Shown piece after piece: positions 46,001-58,200 of a stretch of DNA of 64,000 bases. The stretch is from Heptranchias perlo (taxonomy: Eukaryota), in the NCBI RefSeq assembly GCF_035084215.1, contig NC_090331.1, forward strand, positions 72,664,001 to 72,728,000, written 5' to 3'. The notes under the pieces were generated by a model. The model ran no database searches. It was not told the DNA's origin and worked only from the letters and a program-made list of their open reading frames with translations. Position 1 is the first letter of the stretch, and each line of letters opens with the position of its first letter. Made by a program: the position numbers and the translations under genes.

Positions 46001-47999
46001 CTCCACCAGTCAGCATCCTCCACCAGTCAGCATCCTCCGCCAGTCAGCACGCTCAGCCAGTCAGCATCCTCCACCAGTCAGCATCCTCCACCAGTAAGCA
46101 TCCTCCACCAGTCAGCACGCTCAGCCAGTCAGCATCCTCCACCAGTCAGCATCCTCCGCCAGTCAGCACGCTCAGCCAGTCAGCATCCTCCACCAGTCAG
46201 CATCCTCCGCCAGTCAGCACCCTCCGCCAGTCAGCACCCTCCGCCAGTCAGCACCCTCCGCCAGTCAGCACGCTCAGCCAGTCAGCATCCTCCACCAGTC
46301 AGCATCCTCCGCCAGTCAGCACCCTCCGCCAGTCAGCACCCTCCGCCAGTCAGCACCCTCCGCCAGTCAGCACCCTCCGCCAGTCAGCATCCTCCACCAG
46401 TCAGCATCCTCCACCAGTCAGCATCCTCCACCAGTCAGCATCCTCCACCAGTCAGCACGCTCAGCCAGTAAGCATCCTCCACCAGTCAGCACCCTCCGCC
46501 AGTCAGCATCCTCCGCCAGTCAGCACGCTCAGCCAGTCAGCATCCTCCGCCAGTCAGCATCCTCCGCCAGTCAGCACCCTCCGCCAGTCAGCATCCTCCA
46601 CCAGTCAGCACGCTCAGCCAGTAAGCATCCTCCGCCAGTCAGCATCCTCCGCCAGTCAGCATCCTCCGCCAGTCAGCATCCTCCGCCAGTCAGCACCCTC
46701 CGCCAGTCAGCATCCTCCACCAGTCAGCACGCTCAGCCAGTCAGCATCCTCCACCAGTCAGCATCCTCCATCAGTCAGCATCCTCCACCAGTCAGCATCC
46801 TCCACCAGTCAGCACCCTCCGCCAGTCAGCATCCTCCGCCAGTCAGCACCCTCCGCCAGTCAGCATCCTCCACCAGTCAGCACGCTCAGCCAGTCAGCAT
46901 CCTCCACCAGTCAGCATCCTCCGCCAGTCAGCACCCTCCGCCAGTCAGCATCCTCCGCCGGTCAGCACGCTCAGCCAGTAAGCATCCTCCACCAGTCAGC
47001 ACCCTCCGCCAGTCAGCATCCTCCGCCAGTCAGCACCCTCCGCCAGTCAGCATCCTCCACCAGTCAGCACGCTCAGCCAGTCAGCATCCTCCACCAGTCA
47101 GCATCCTCCGCCAGTCAGCATCCTCCACCAGTCAGCACGCTCAGCCAGTAAGCATCCTCCACCAGTCAGCATCCTCCACCAGTCAGCATCCTCCACCAGT
47201 CAGCATCCTCCACCAGTCAGCATCCTCCGCCAGTCAGCACCCTCCACCAGTCAGCACCCTCCGCCAGTCAGCATCCTCCACCAGTCAGCACCCTCCGCCA
47301 GTCAGCACCCTCCACCAGTCAGCACCCTCCGCCAGTCAGCACCCTCCGCCAGTCAGCATCCTCCACCAGTCAGCATCCTCCGCCAGTCAGCATCCTCCAC
47401 CAGTCAGCATCCTCCACCAGTCAGCATCCTCCGCCAGACAGCACCCTCCACCAGTCAGCACACTCAGCTGGTCAGCATCCTCCGCCAGTCAGCATCCTCC
47501 ACCAGTCAGCATCCTCCGCCAGACAGCACCCTCCACCAGTCAGCACACTCAGCTGGTCAGCATCCTCCGCCAGTCAGCACCCTCCACCAGTCAGTATCCT
47601 CCACCAGACAGCACGCTCAGCCAGTCAGCACCCTCCACCAGTCAGCACCCTCCACCAGTCAGCACCCTCCGCCAGTCAGCACCCTCCGCCAGTCAGCATC
47701 CTCCACCAGACAGCATGCTCAGCCAGTCAGCATCCTCCACCAGACAGCATCCTCCACCAGACAGCACCCTCCGCCGGTCAGCATCCTCCGCCGGTCAGCA
47801 CCCTCCGCCAGTCAGCACCCTCCGCCAGTCAGCACCCTCCGCCGGTCAGCACCCTCCGCCGGTCAGCACCCTCCACCAGTCAGCATCCTCCACCAGACAG
47901 CACCCTCCGCCAGTCAGCACCCTCCGCCGGTCAGCACCCTCCGCCGGTCAGCATCCTCCACCAGTCAGCATCCTCCGCCAGTCAGCATCCTCAGCCAGA
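43015..47999. repeat. 17-bp tandem repeat, consensus CCAGTCAGCAYCCTCCR, about 290 copies
   Basis: Direct reading; variants CACGCTCAG, GTAAG, GGTCAGTA; 578-bp (34-unit) internal duplication (marker caacctcc at 43583 and 44161). Confidence 0.97.
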
Positions 48000-49171
48000 C
48001 CACAAGCTCCGGTAGTCAGCCAACCAAAGATCAAAATCGAACCCCAAGGTGTATGAGATGATGTCTATACAATGCAGAGAACTGGATGACCTGTTGTTTT
48101 ACATTTTTAACTGATATTAAATCCATTTTAAATATTCTTGCAATGTTTCTATCCATTGGAGAATATTGTTATATATTTCTAAAGATAACTGCTAACTCAC
48201 TGTGGACATTTCTGTATTTAAGTAAATGAATATGAAGAGGCAATAGGGGTGATTTGGTACATGACGCAGATCATGTGGGGGACAAGTGAGGTAACTACCC
48301 TCCCCAACTGATGAGATCGGCCCGAAGCCCCATCGGTTTTGGTTTCAGGCCTTATTTACATGTGGAAGGTGAGCTGCCAGCACGAGTCACACTGCTTATA
48401 GGCAGCTTGCCATTTGGGAGGGTGGGAGAACCAGCAGAGCCACCGCTGATCAAGGGCCAGCAGCATCAGAAAATATGATTGTCCGACCTGCTTCCAACTT
48501 TCCCTTAATGCAGCTAATGATTTCTTTAAGCTGTAAATGGCCACCCCACCCCCCTCAACCTGTACCATATGGTTGTGGGCAGGTTGAGGAAATAGCTGTG
48601 GCGATGCTGATTGACACTAAAATGACGTTGGGGTCCTGACAATGTCAGTTGATCCCTGTTTGTCTATATTAATGCGACCTTCCCTGTTTACAGTGGGAGC
48701 ACAGGCCGCTTAAATCAAGGTCCACCTGAAAATTCACAACAGATCGTTGAGCTGCATCGGGACATCTGATTAACATCTGCAGCTTACCAGCTTTATGCAG
48801 GTGAGGCCTGAGGCCCAATTTCCAGTGAGCTTCAGGCAAACGCTTTCAGGTGGGTGTTTGAGACCATTTTGCACTGGTTTCCGGCGCTGCACAAATTTCT
48901 CAGCCGGAATGTTTTACACTGATAAATCCTACAACCAAACCTAAATATGACAAACCTAAATATTAGGCCCAAAAGTGCATATTCCATCATCTTTTTCTCT
49001 TGCTGTCCATCTTCCTGGGATACATTGTTGCTTTCTCCTCCTTAGGTAAGTACCTCAGAGCAATATAATGAAATTTCCAGGTATTGGACACTTTTATCCT
49101 GGCATGTCTTCTGATGTCAAGAAAACACTTCCACTCATTTTAGTTTGTGAGACTGCATATTGGGAGTGTTT

Positions 49172-49416
49172 GGGGGTGATTGTAAACCCCAAGAACAGGT
49201 GGGTTGGGGGCGGGTGGGAGTTGAAAATAGTTGTTTTTTGAGTCGTGACCGCAACCCGGCTTTATTTCTGGGTTTAACATCAGCGCGTAAAAATACAGGC
49301 TTCCCACTGGGAATGCAAAGTCCGAAAATTTTTGCGGTTGGGACCCCAAAAAAACAACTATTTTCGACTCCCACCCGCCCCCAACCCACCCATTCTTGCG
49401 ATTTAAAATCACCCCC
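49172..49416. mobile_element. 245-bp fold-back MITE with Harbinger-like ends
   Basis: About 85-bp imperfect inverted arms GGGGGTGATTGTAAA... / ...TTTAAAATCACCCCC; 3-bp TSD TTT. Confidence 0.8.
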
Positions 49417-49651
49417 TTTCTGTGTGATGCTCTGGCTCACTCACACACTCTTCTTTCAAAAGGTCATGTGGCTCTGGCTATTAACCTAGTGGATTGCAAA
49501 ATTTCAACTTGTATATAATTGGATAGCCCACCTAAGTGCCTAATCTACCAGTAAGAGTGTAAAATGCTATGGTGGCAATTTAACAAGAAAATAGTGGACT
49601 TAACCTGTAAAAACTTGTGCATACCCACCATGAATGGGTACAATGCAGACA

Positions 49652-51706
49652 CGTTCCCTCAAAGAAAAAGGGTGGCACTGCCAAATCTAGAGCCCCCTGG
49701 TTGTCTAGAAGTATACGGGGCAAGATAAAGCAGAAAAAGAAAGCTTGTAACTGTCACAGAAAACTAAATACTGCAGAAAGCCTAGAGGAGTAGAGAAAGT
49801 ACAGGGATGACGTAAAAAAGGAAATAAGGAGAGCAAAGAGAGGGCATGAAAAAATATTAGCTAGTAAGATTAAAGAAAACCCAAAGATGCTTTATCAGTA
49901 CATTAAGAACAAGAGAATAGCTAAGGAAAAGGTGGGACCTATCAGGGATGATATGGGTAACTTGTGTGTAGAAGCAGAGGATGTGGATAGGGTTTTAAAT
50001 GAATATTTTGTCTCCATATTCACAAAGGAAAGGGATGATCCAGACATAGTAGTTAAAGAGGAGAGGTGTGAAATATTGAATAAGGTAAACATAACGAGAG
50101 AGGAAGTACTAGAGGGACTGGAATCCTTGAAAGTTGATAAGTCACCAGGGCCGGATGGATTGTTTCCTAGGCTATTGAAGTAAGCCAGGGAGGAAATAGC
50201 TGATGCTCTGAGGATCATTTTCCAATCCTCACTAGATACAGGGGAGGTACCGGAGGACTGGAAGATTGCAAACGTAATAGCATTGTTTAAAAAGAATACG
50301 AGGGAAAGGTCGAACAATTACAGGCCATTCAATCTTACTTCAGTGGTGGGCAAACTATTAGAATCAATACTGAGAGATAGGATAAACTGTCACTTGGAAA
50401 GGCATGGTTTAATCAGGGATAGTCAGCATGGATTTGTTCAGGGAAGGTCATGCCTTACAAGTCTGATTGAATTCTTTGAGGAAGTGACAAGGAGGATTGA
50501 TGAGGGTAGTGCAGTGGATGTTGTCTACATGGATTTTAGTAAAGCATTTGACAAGGTCCCACATGGCAGACTGGTCAGAAAGGTAAAAGCCCATGGGATA
50601 CAGGGAAATGTGGCAAATTGGATCCAAAATTGTCTCAGTAACAGGAAACAAAGGGTAAAAGTCAATGGATGTCTTTGCGAATGGAAATCTGTTTCCAATG
50701 GTGTGCCACAGGGCTCAGTGTTGGGTCCCTTGCTGTTTGTGGTATGTATTAATGATTTGGACTTGAATGTAGGGGGCATGGTTGGCAAATTTGCAGATGA
50801 CATAAATATTGGCCGTGTAGTTGATAGTGAAGAGGATAGCTGTAGACTCCAAGAAGATATCAATGGGTTGGTGAAGTGGGCGGAAAAGTGGCAAATGGAG
50901 TTCAACCCGGAGAAGTGTGAGGTAATGCACTTAGGGAGGGCAAACAGTAAAAGGGAATACGCACTAAACGGGAAAATATTGAGAGGGGTAGAGGAAGTGA
51001 GAGACCTTGGAGTGCATGCACACAGGTCCCTGAAGGTAGCAATACAGGTAGATAAGGTTGTGAAGAAGGCATACGGAATGCTCGACGTTATTAGCCGAAG
51101 TATAGAATACAAAAGCAGGGATGTAATGATGGAACTGTATAAAATGCTGGTAAAGCCACAGCTGGAGTATTGTGCGCAGTTCTGGTCACCACATTACAGG
51201 AAGGACGTAATTGCTCTGGACAGAGTGCAGAGAAGAGTTACAAGAATGTTGCCAGGGCTTGAAAATTGCAGCTACGAGGAGAGATTGGATAGGCTGGGGT
51301 TGTTTTCCTTGGAGCAGAGGAGGCTGAGGGGTGACTTGATTGAGGTGTACAAAATTATGAGGGGCCCAGATAGAGTAGACAGGAAGTACCTGTTTCCCCT
51401 AGCGGAAAGTTCAAGAACTAGAGGACATAGATTTAAGCTGATTGGTGGAAGGATTAGAGGGGACATGAGGAAAAACTTTTTTACCCAGAGGGTGGTGGGT
51501 GTATGGAATTCGCTGCCCAAATTGGTGGTAGAGGCAGGGACCCTCATCTCTTTTTAAAAAGTACCTGGACCTGCACCTAAAGTGCTGTAAGCTGCAGGGC
51601 TACGGACCGGGTGCTGGAAGGTGGGATTAGAATGGGCACCTGGTTTTTCTACGAGCCGGTGCAGACACGATGGGCCGAATGGCCCCTTTCTGGTTCTATG
51701 GTTCTA
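49652..51706 (+). mobile_element. 5'-truncated CR1 LINE (different subfamily), ORF2 disrupted by stops
   Basis: ORFs 49887-50183 and 50283-51557 in one frame separated by TAA; [25 protein letters not shown]; tail ttctatggttcta. Confidence 0.93.
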
Positions 51707-52279
51707 AGAACAAAATGCCATGTTTGCCAGTTGGGCTGTGTGTAAATTCTGAACAAAACTCCTGGAATCAACAGACAGACTGTCAAATTCTCCAAGAATG
51801 TTACAAGTGATCCTTGGTTGGAAATATCTATGGGCCCTGAAGAAAGTGCGAGAAATTTGCAAGAAACTTAAAGCAGTCCCAGCACCTTCGTCCCCAAGAG
51901 GGAGGAACCGCCACAATTTTAAAAACTGGTGCCCAATCTCCTGTCTCAGCCCAGATTATAAAATCATGGCTGACTCATAGAAATCGCAGCACAGAGGGAG
52001 CCCATTCAGCCCATCACCCCTGGACCAGTGCGAGCTGTTCAACAGGAGCTATCTGCTCCAATCTTATTTTCCTGCCCCTTCACTGCATTCTTTTACATTC
52101 CTCCTTGATCTTCCAAATCCAACAAGCTAAAGCCTCATCATCCACCCTGACCAGCACTACATCATCCTGGGCTGCAGCATTTCCAGTAATATATATAACA
52201 AATCCAGGATTTCATCCGTTATTCCCAGAGGATTGGTCTAGTGAGCATTTTTCCTTTTTTCTTAAGTCACGAGTGAATT

Positions 52280-55200
52280 GTGAGTTATCTCTCCACACTC
52301 TGTTTACTCGAGAGTTATCTCTCCACACTCTGTTTACTCGTCAGTTATCTCTCCACACTATGTTTACTCGTGAGTTATCCCTCCACACTCTGTTTACTCG
52401 TGAGTTATCCCTCCACACTCTGTTTACTCGAGAGTTATCTCTCCACACCATGTTTACTCGTCAGTTATCCCTCCACACTCTGTTTACTCGTCAGTTATCC
52501 CTCCACACTCTGTTTACTCGTGAGTTATCCCTCCACACTATATTTACTCGTGAGTTATCCCTCCACACTCTGTTTACTCGTCAGTTATCCCTCCACACTC
52601 TGTTTACTCGTGTGTTATCTCTCCACACTCTGTTTACTCGTCAGTTATCCCTCCACACTCTGTTTACTCGAGAGTTATCTCTCCACACTATGTTTACTCG
52701 TCAGTTATCCCTCCACACTCTGTTTACTCGTCAGTTATCCCTCCACACTCTGTTTACTCGTCAGTTATCCCTCCACACTCTGTTTACTCGTGAGTTATCC
52801 CTCCACACTATGTTTACTCGTGAGTTATCCCTCCACACTCTGTTTACTCGTCAGTTATCCCTCCACACTCTGTTTACTCGTGAGTTATCCCTCCACACTC
52901 TGTTTACTCGTGAGTTATCTCTCCACACTCTGTTTACTCGTCAGTTAACCCTCCACACTCTGTTTACTCATCAGTTATCCCTCCACACTCTGTTTACTCG
53001 TGAGTTATCCCTCCACACTCTGTTTACTCGTGAGTTATCCCTCCACACTCTGTTTACTCGTGAGTTATCTCTCCACACTCTGTTTACTCGTCAGTTAACC
53101 CTCCACACTCTGTTTACTCATCAGTTATCCCACCACACTCTGTTTACTCATCAGTTATCCCTCCACACTCTGTTTACTCGAGAGTTATCTCTCCACAATA
53201 TGTTTACTCGTCAGTTATCCCTCCACACTCTGTTTACTCGTCAGTTATCCCTCCACACTCTGTTTACTCGTGAGTTATCCCTCCACACTATGTTTACTCG
53301 TGAGTTATCCCTCCACACTCTGTTTACTCGTCAGTTATCCCTCCACACTCTGTTTACTCGTCAGTTATCCCTCCACACTCTGTTTACTCGTGAGTTATCC
53401 CTCCACACTCTGTTTACTCGTGAGTTATCTCTCCACACTCTGTTTACTCGTCAGTTAACCCTCCACACTCTGTTTACTCATCAGTTATCCCTCCACACTC
53501 TGTTTACTCGTGAGTTATCTCTCCACACTATGTTTACTCGAGAGTTATCTCTCCACACTCTGTTTACTCGAGAGTTATCTCTCCACACTCTGTTTACTCG
53601 TGAGTTATCCCTCCACACTCTGTTTACTCGTGAGATATCCCTCCACACTCTGTTTACTCGTGAGTTATCTCTCCACACTATGTTTACTCGAGAGTTATCT
53701 CTCCACACTCTGTTTACTCGAGAGTTATCTCTCCACACTCTGTTTACTCGTGAGTTATCCCTCCACACTCTGTTCACTCGTGAGTTATCTCTCCACACTC
53801 TGTTTACTCGTGAGTTAACCCTCCACACTCTGTTTACTCATCAGTTATCCCTCCACACTCTGTTTACTCGTGAGTTATCTCTCCACACTATGTTTACTCG
53901 AGAGTTATCTCTCCACACTCTGTTTACTCGTCAGTTATCCCTCCACACTCTGTTTACTCGTGAGTTATCTCTCCACACTATGTTTACTCGAGAGTTATCT
54001 CTCCACACTCTCTTTACTCGTCAGTTATCCCTCCACACTCTGTTTACTCATGAGTTATCCCTCCACACTCTGTTTACTCGTGAGTTATCTCTCCACACTA
54101 TGTTTACTCGAGAGTTATCTCTCCACACTATGTTTACTCGTGAGTTATCCCTCCACACTCTGTTTACTCGTCAGTTATCCCTCCAAACTCTGTTTACTCG
54201 TGTGTTATCTCTCCACACTCTGTTTACTCGTCAGTTATCCCTCCACACTCTGTTTACTCGTCAGTTATCCCTCCACACTCTGTTTACTCGTGAGTTATCC
54301 CTCCACACTATATTTACTCGTGAGTTATCCCTCCACACTCTGTTTACTCGTCAGTTATCCCTCCACACTCTGTTTACTCGTGTGTTATCTCTCCACACTC
54401 TGTTTACTCGTCAGTTATCCCTCCACACTCTGTTTACTCGAGAGTTATCTCTCCACACTATGTTTACTCGTCAGTTATCCCTCCACACTCTGTTTACTCG
54501 TCAGTTATCCCTCCACACTCTGTTTACTCATGAGTTATCCCTCCACACTATGTCTACTCGTGAGTTATCCCTCCACACTCTGTTTACTCGTCAGTTATCC
54601 CTCCACACTCTGTTTACTCGTCAGTTATCCCTCCACACTCTGTTTACTCGTGAGTTATCCCTCCACACTATGTTTACTCGTGAGTTATCCCTCCACACTC
54701 TGTTTACTCGTGAGTTATCTCTCCACACTATGTTTACTCGAGAGTTATCTCTCCACACTCTGTTTACTCGAGAGTTATCTCTCCACACTCTGTTTACTCG
54801 TGAGTTATCCCTCCACACTCTGTTCACTCGTGAGTTATCTCTCCACACTCTGTTTACTCGTGAGTTAACCCTCCACACTCTGTTTACTCATCAGTTATCC
54901 CTCCACACTCTGTTTACTCGTGAGTTATCTCTCCACACTATGTTTACTCGAGAGTTATCTCTCCACACTCTGTTTACTCGTCAGTTATCCCTCCACACTC
55001 TGTTTACTCGTGAGTTATCTCTCCACACTATGTTTACTCGAGAGTTATCTCTCCACACTCTCTTTACTCGTCAGTTATCCCTCCACACTCTGTTTACTCA
55101 TGAGTTATCCCTCCACACTCTGTTTACTCGTGAGTTATCTCTCCACACTATGTTTACTCGAGAGTTATCTCTCCACACTATGTTTACTCGTGAGTTATCC

Positions 55201-58200
55201 CTCCACACTCTGTTTACTCGTCAGTTATCCCTCCAAACTCTGTTTACTCGTGTGTTATCTCTCCACACTCTGTTTACTCGTCAGTTATCCCTCCACACTC
55301 TGTTTACTCGTCAGTTATCCCTCCACACTCTGTTTACTCGTGAGTTATCCCTCCACACTATATTTACTCGTGAGTTATCCCTCCACACTCTGTTTACTCG
55401 TCAGTTATCCCTCCACACTCTGTTTACTCGTGTGTTATCTCTCCACACTCTGTTTACTCGTCAGTTATCCCTCCACACTCTGTTTACTCGAGAGTTATCT
55501 CTCCACACTATGTTTACTCGTCAGTTATCCCTCCACACTCTGTTTACTCGTCAGTTATCCCTCCACACTCTGTTTACTCATGAGTTATCCCTCCACACTA
55601 TGTCTACTCGTGAGTTATCCCTCCACACTCTGTTTACTCGTCAGTTATCCCTCCACAATCTGTTTACTCGTCAGTTATCCCTCCACACTCTGATTACTCG
55701 TGAGTTATCCCTCCACACTATGTTTACTCGTGAGTTATCCCTCCACACTCTGTTTACTCGTCAGTTATCCCTCCACACTCTGTTTACTCGTGAGTTATCC
55801 CTCCACACTCTGTTTACTCGTGAGTTATCTCTCCACACTCTGTTTACTCGTCAGTTAACCCTCCACACTCTGTTTACTCATCAGTTATCCCTCCACACTC
55901 TGTTTACTCGTGAGTTATCCCTCCACACTCTGTTTACTCGTGAGTTATCCCTCCACACTCTGTTTACTCGTGAGTTATCTCTCCACACTCTGTTTACTCG
56001 TCAGTTAACCCTCCACACTCTGTTTACTCATCAGTTATCCCACCACACTCTGTTTACTCATCAGTTATCCCTCCACACTCTGTTTACTCGAGAGTTATCT
56101 CTCCACAATATGTTTACTCGTCAGTTATCCCTCCACACTCTGTTTACTCGTCAGTTATCCCTCCACACTCTGTTTACTCGTGAGTTATCCCTCCACACTA
56201 TGTTTACTCGTGAGTTATCCCTCCACACTCTGTTTACTCGTCAGTTATCCCTCCACACTCTGTTTACTCGTCAGTTATCCCTCCACACTCTGTTTACTCG
56301 TGAGTTATCCCTCCACACTCTGTTTACTCGTGAGTTATCTCTCCACACTCTGTTTACTCGTCAGTTAACCCTCCACACTCTGTTTACTCATCAGTTATCC
56401 CTCCACACTCTGTTTACTCGTGAGTTATCTCTCCACACTATGTTTACTCGAGAGTTATCTCTCCACACTCTGTTTACTCGTGAGTTATCCCTCCACACTC
56501 TGTTTACTCGTGAGTTATCCCTCCACACTCTGTTTACTCGTGAGTTATCTCTCCACACTATGTTTACTCGAGAGTTATCTCTCCACACTCTGTTTACTCG
56601 AGAGTTATCTCTCCACACTCTGTTTACTCGTGAGTTATCCCTCCACACTCTGTTTACTCGTGAGTTATCTCTCCACACTCTGTTTACTCGTGAGTTAACC
56701 CTCCACACTCTGTTTACTCATCAGTTATCCCTCCACACTCTGTTTACTCGTGAGTTATCTCTCCACACTATGTTTACTCGAGAGTTATCTCTCCACACTC
56801 TGTTTACTCGTGAGTTAACCCTCCACACTCTGTTTACTCATCAGTTATCCCTCCACACTCTGTTTACTCGTGAGTTATCTCTCCACACTCTGTTTACTCA
56901 TGAGTTAACCCTCCACACTCTGTTTACTCGTGAGTTATCCCTCCACACTCTGTTTACTCGTGAGTTATCTCTCCACACTCTGTTTACTCATGAGTTATCC
57001 CTCCACACTATGTTTACTCGAGAGTTATCTCTCCACACTATGTTTACTCGTGAGTTATCTCTCCACACTCTGTTTACTCGAGAGTTATCTCTCCACACTC
57101 TGTTTACTCGTCAGTTAATCCTCCACACTCTGTTTACTCGTGAGTTATCCCTCCACACTCTGTTTACTCGTGAGTTATCCCTCCACACTCTGTTTACTCG
57201 TGAGTTATCTCTCCACACTATGTTTACTCGAGAGTTATCTCTCCACACTCTGTTTACTCGAGAGTTATCCCTCCACACTCTGTTTACTCGTGAGTTATCC
57301 CTCCACACTCTGTTTACTCGTCAGTTATCCCTCCACACTCTGTTTACTCGTGAGTTATCCCTCCACACTCTGTTTACTCGTGAGTTATCTCTCCACACTC
57401 TGTTTACTCGTCAGTTAACCCTCCACACTCTGTTTACTCATGAGTTATCCCTCCACACTCTGTTTACTCGTCAGTTATCCCTCCACACTCTGTTTACTCA
57501 TGAGTTATCCCTCCACACTCTGTTTACTCGTGAGTTATCCCTCCACACTCTGTTTACTCGTCAGTTATCCCTCCACACTCTGTTTACTCGTGAGTTATCC
57601 CTCCACACTCTGTTTACTCATGAGTTATCCCTCCACACTCTGTTTACTCGTCAGTTATCCCTCCACACTCTGTTTACTCATCAGTTATCCCTCCACACTC
57701 TGTTTACTCATGAGTTATCCCTCCACACTCTGTTTACTTGTCAGTTATCCCTCCACACTCTGTTCACTTGTGAGTTATCCCTCCACACTCTGTTTACTCG
57801 TCAGTTATCCCTCCACACTCTGTTACTTGTGAGTTATCCCTCCACACTCTGTTTACTCGTGAGTTATCCATCCACACTCTGTTTACTCGTCAGTTATCCC
57901 TCCACACTCTGTTTACTCGTGAGTTATCCATCCACACTCTGTTTACTCGTCAGTTATCCCTCCACACTCTGTTTACTCGTGAGTTATCCCTCCACACTCT
58001 GTTTACTCGTGAGTTATCCCTCCACACTCTGTTTACTCGTGTGTTATCCCTCCACACTCTGATTACTCGTCAGTTATCCCTCCACACTCTGTTTACTCGT
58101 CAGTTATCCCTCCACACTCTGTTTACTCGTGTGTTATCCCTCCAAACTCTGTTTACTCATCAGTTATCCCTCCACACTCTGTTTACTCATGAGTTATCCC

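Noticed and set aside
52105-58062. 1985-aa ORF (and related SYPSTLCLLV / WRDNSRVNRV ORFs) as a repeat protein
   Set aside because: Arises because the 30-bp unit is a multiple of 3 and stop-free in some frames. It starts at TTG, variants ignore codon position, and the frame is lost at a 1-bp slip.
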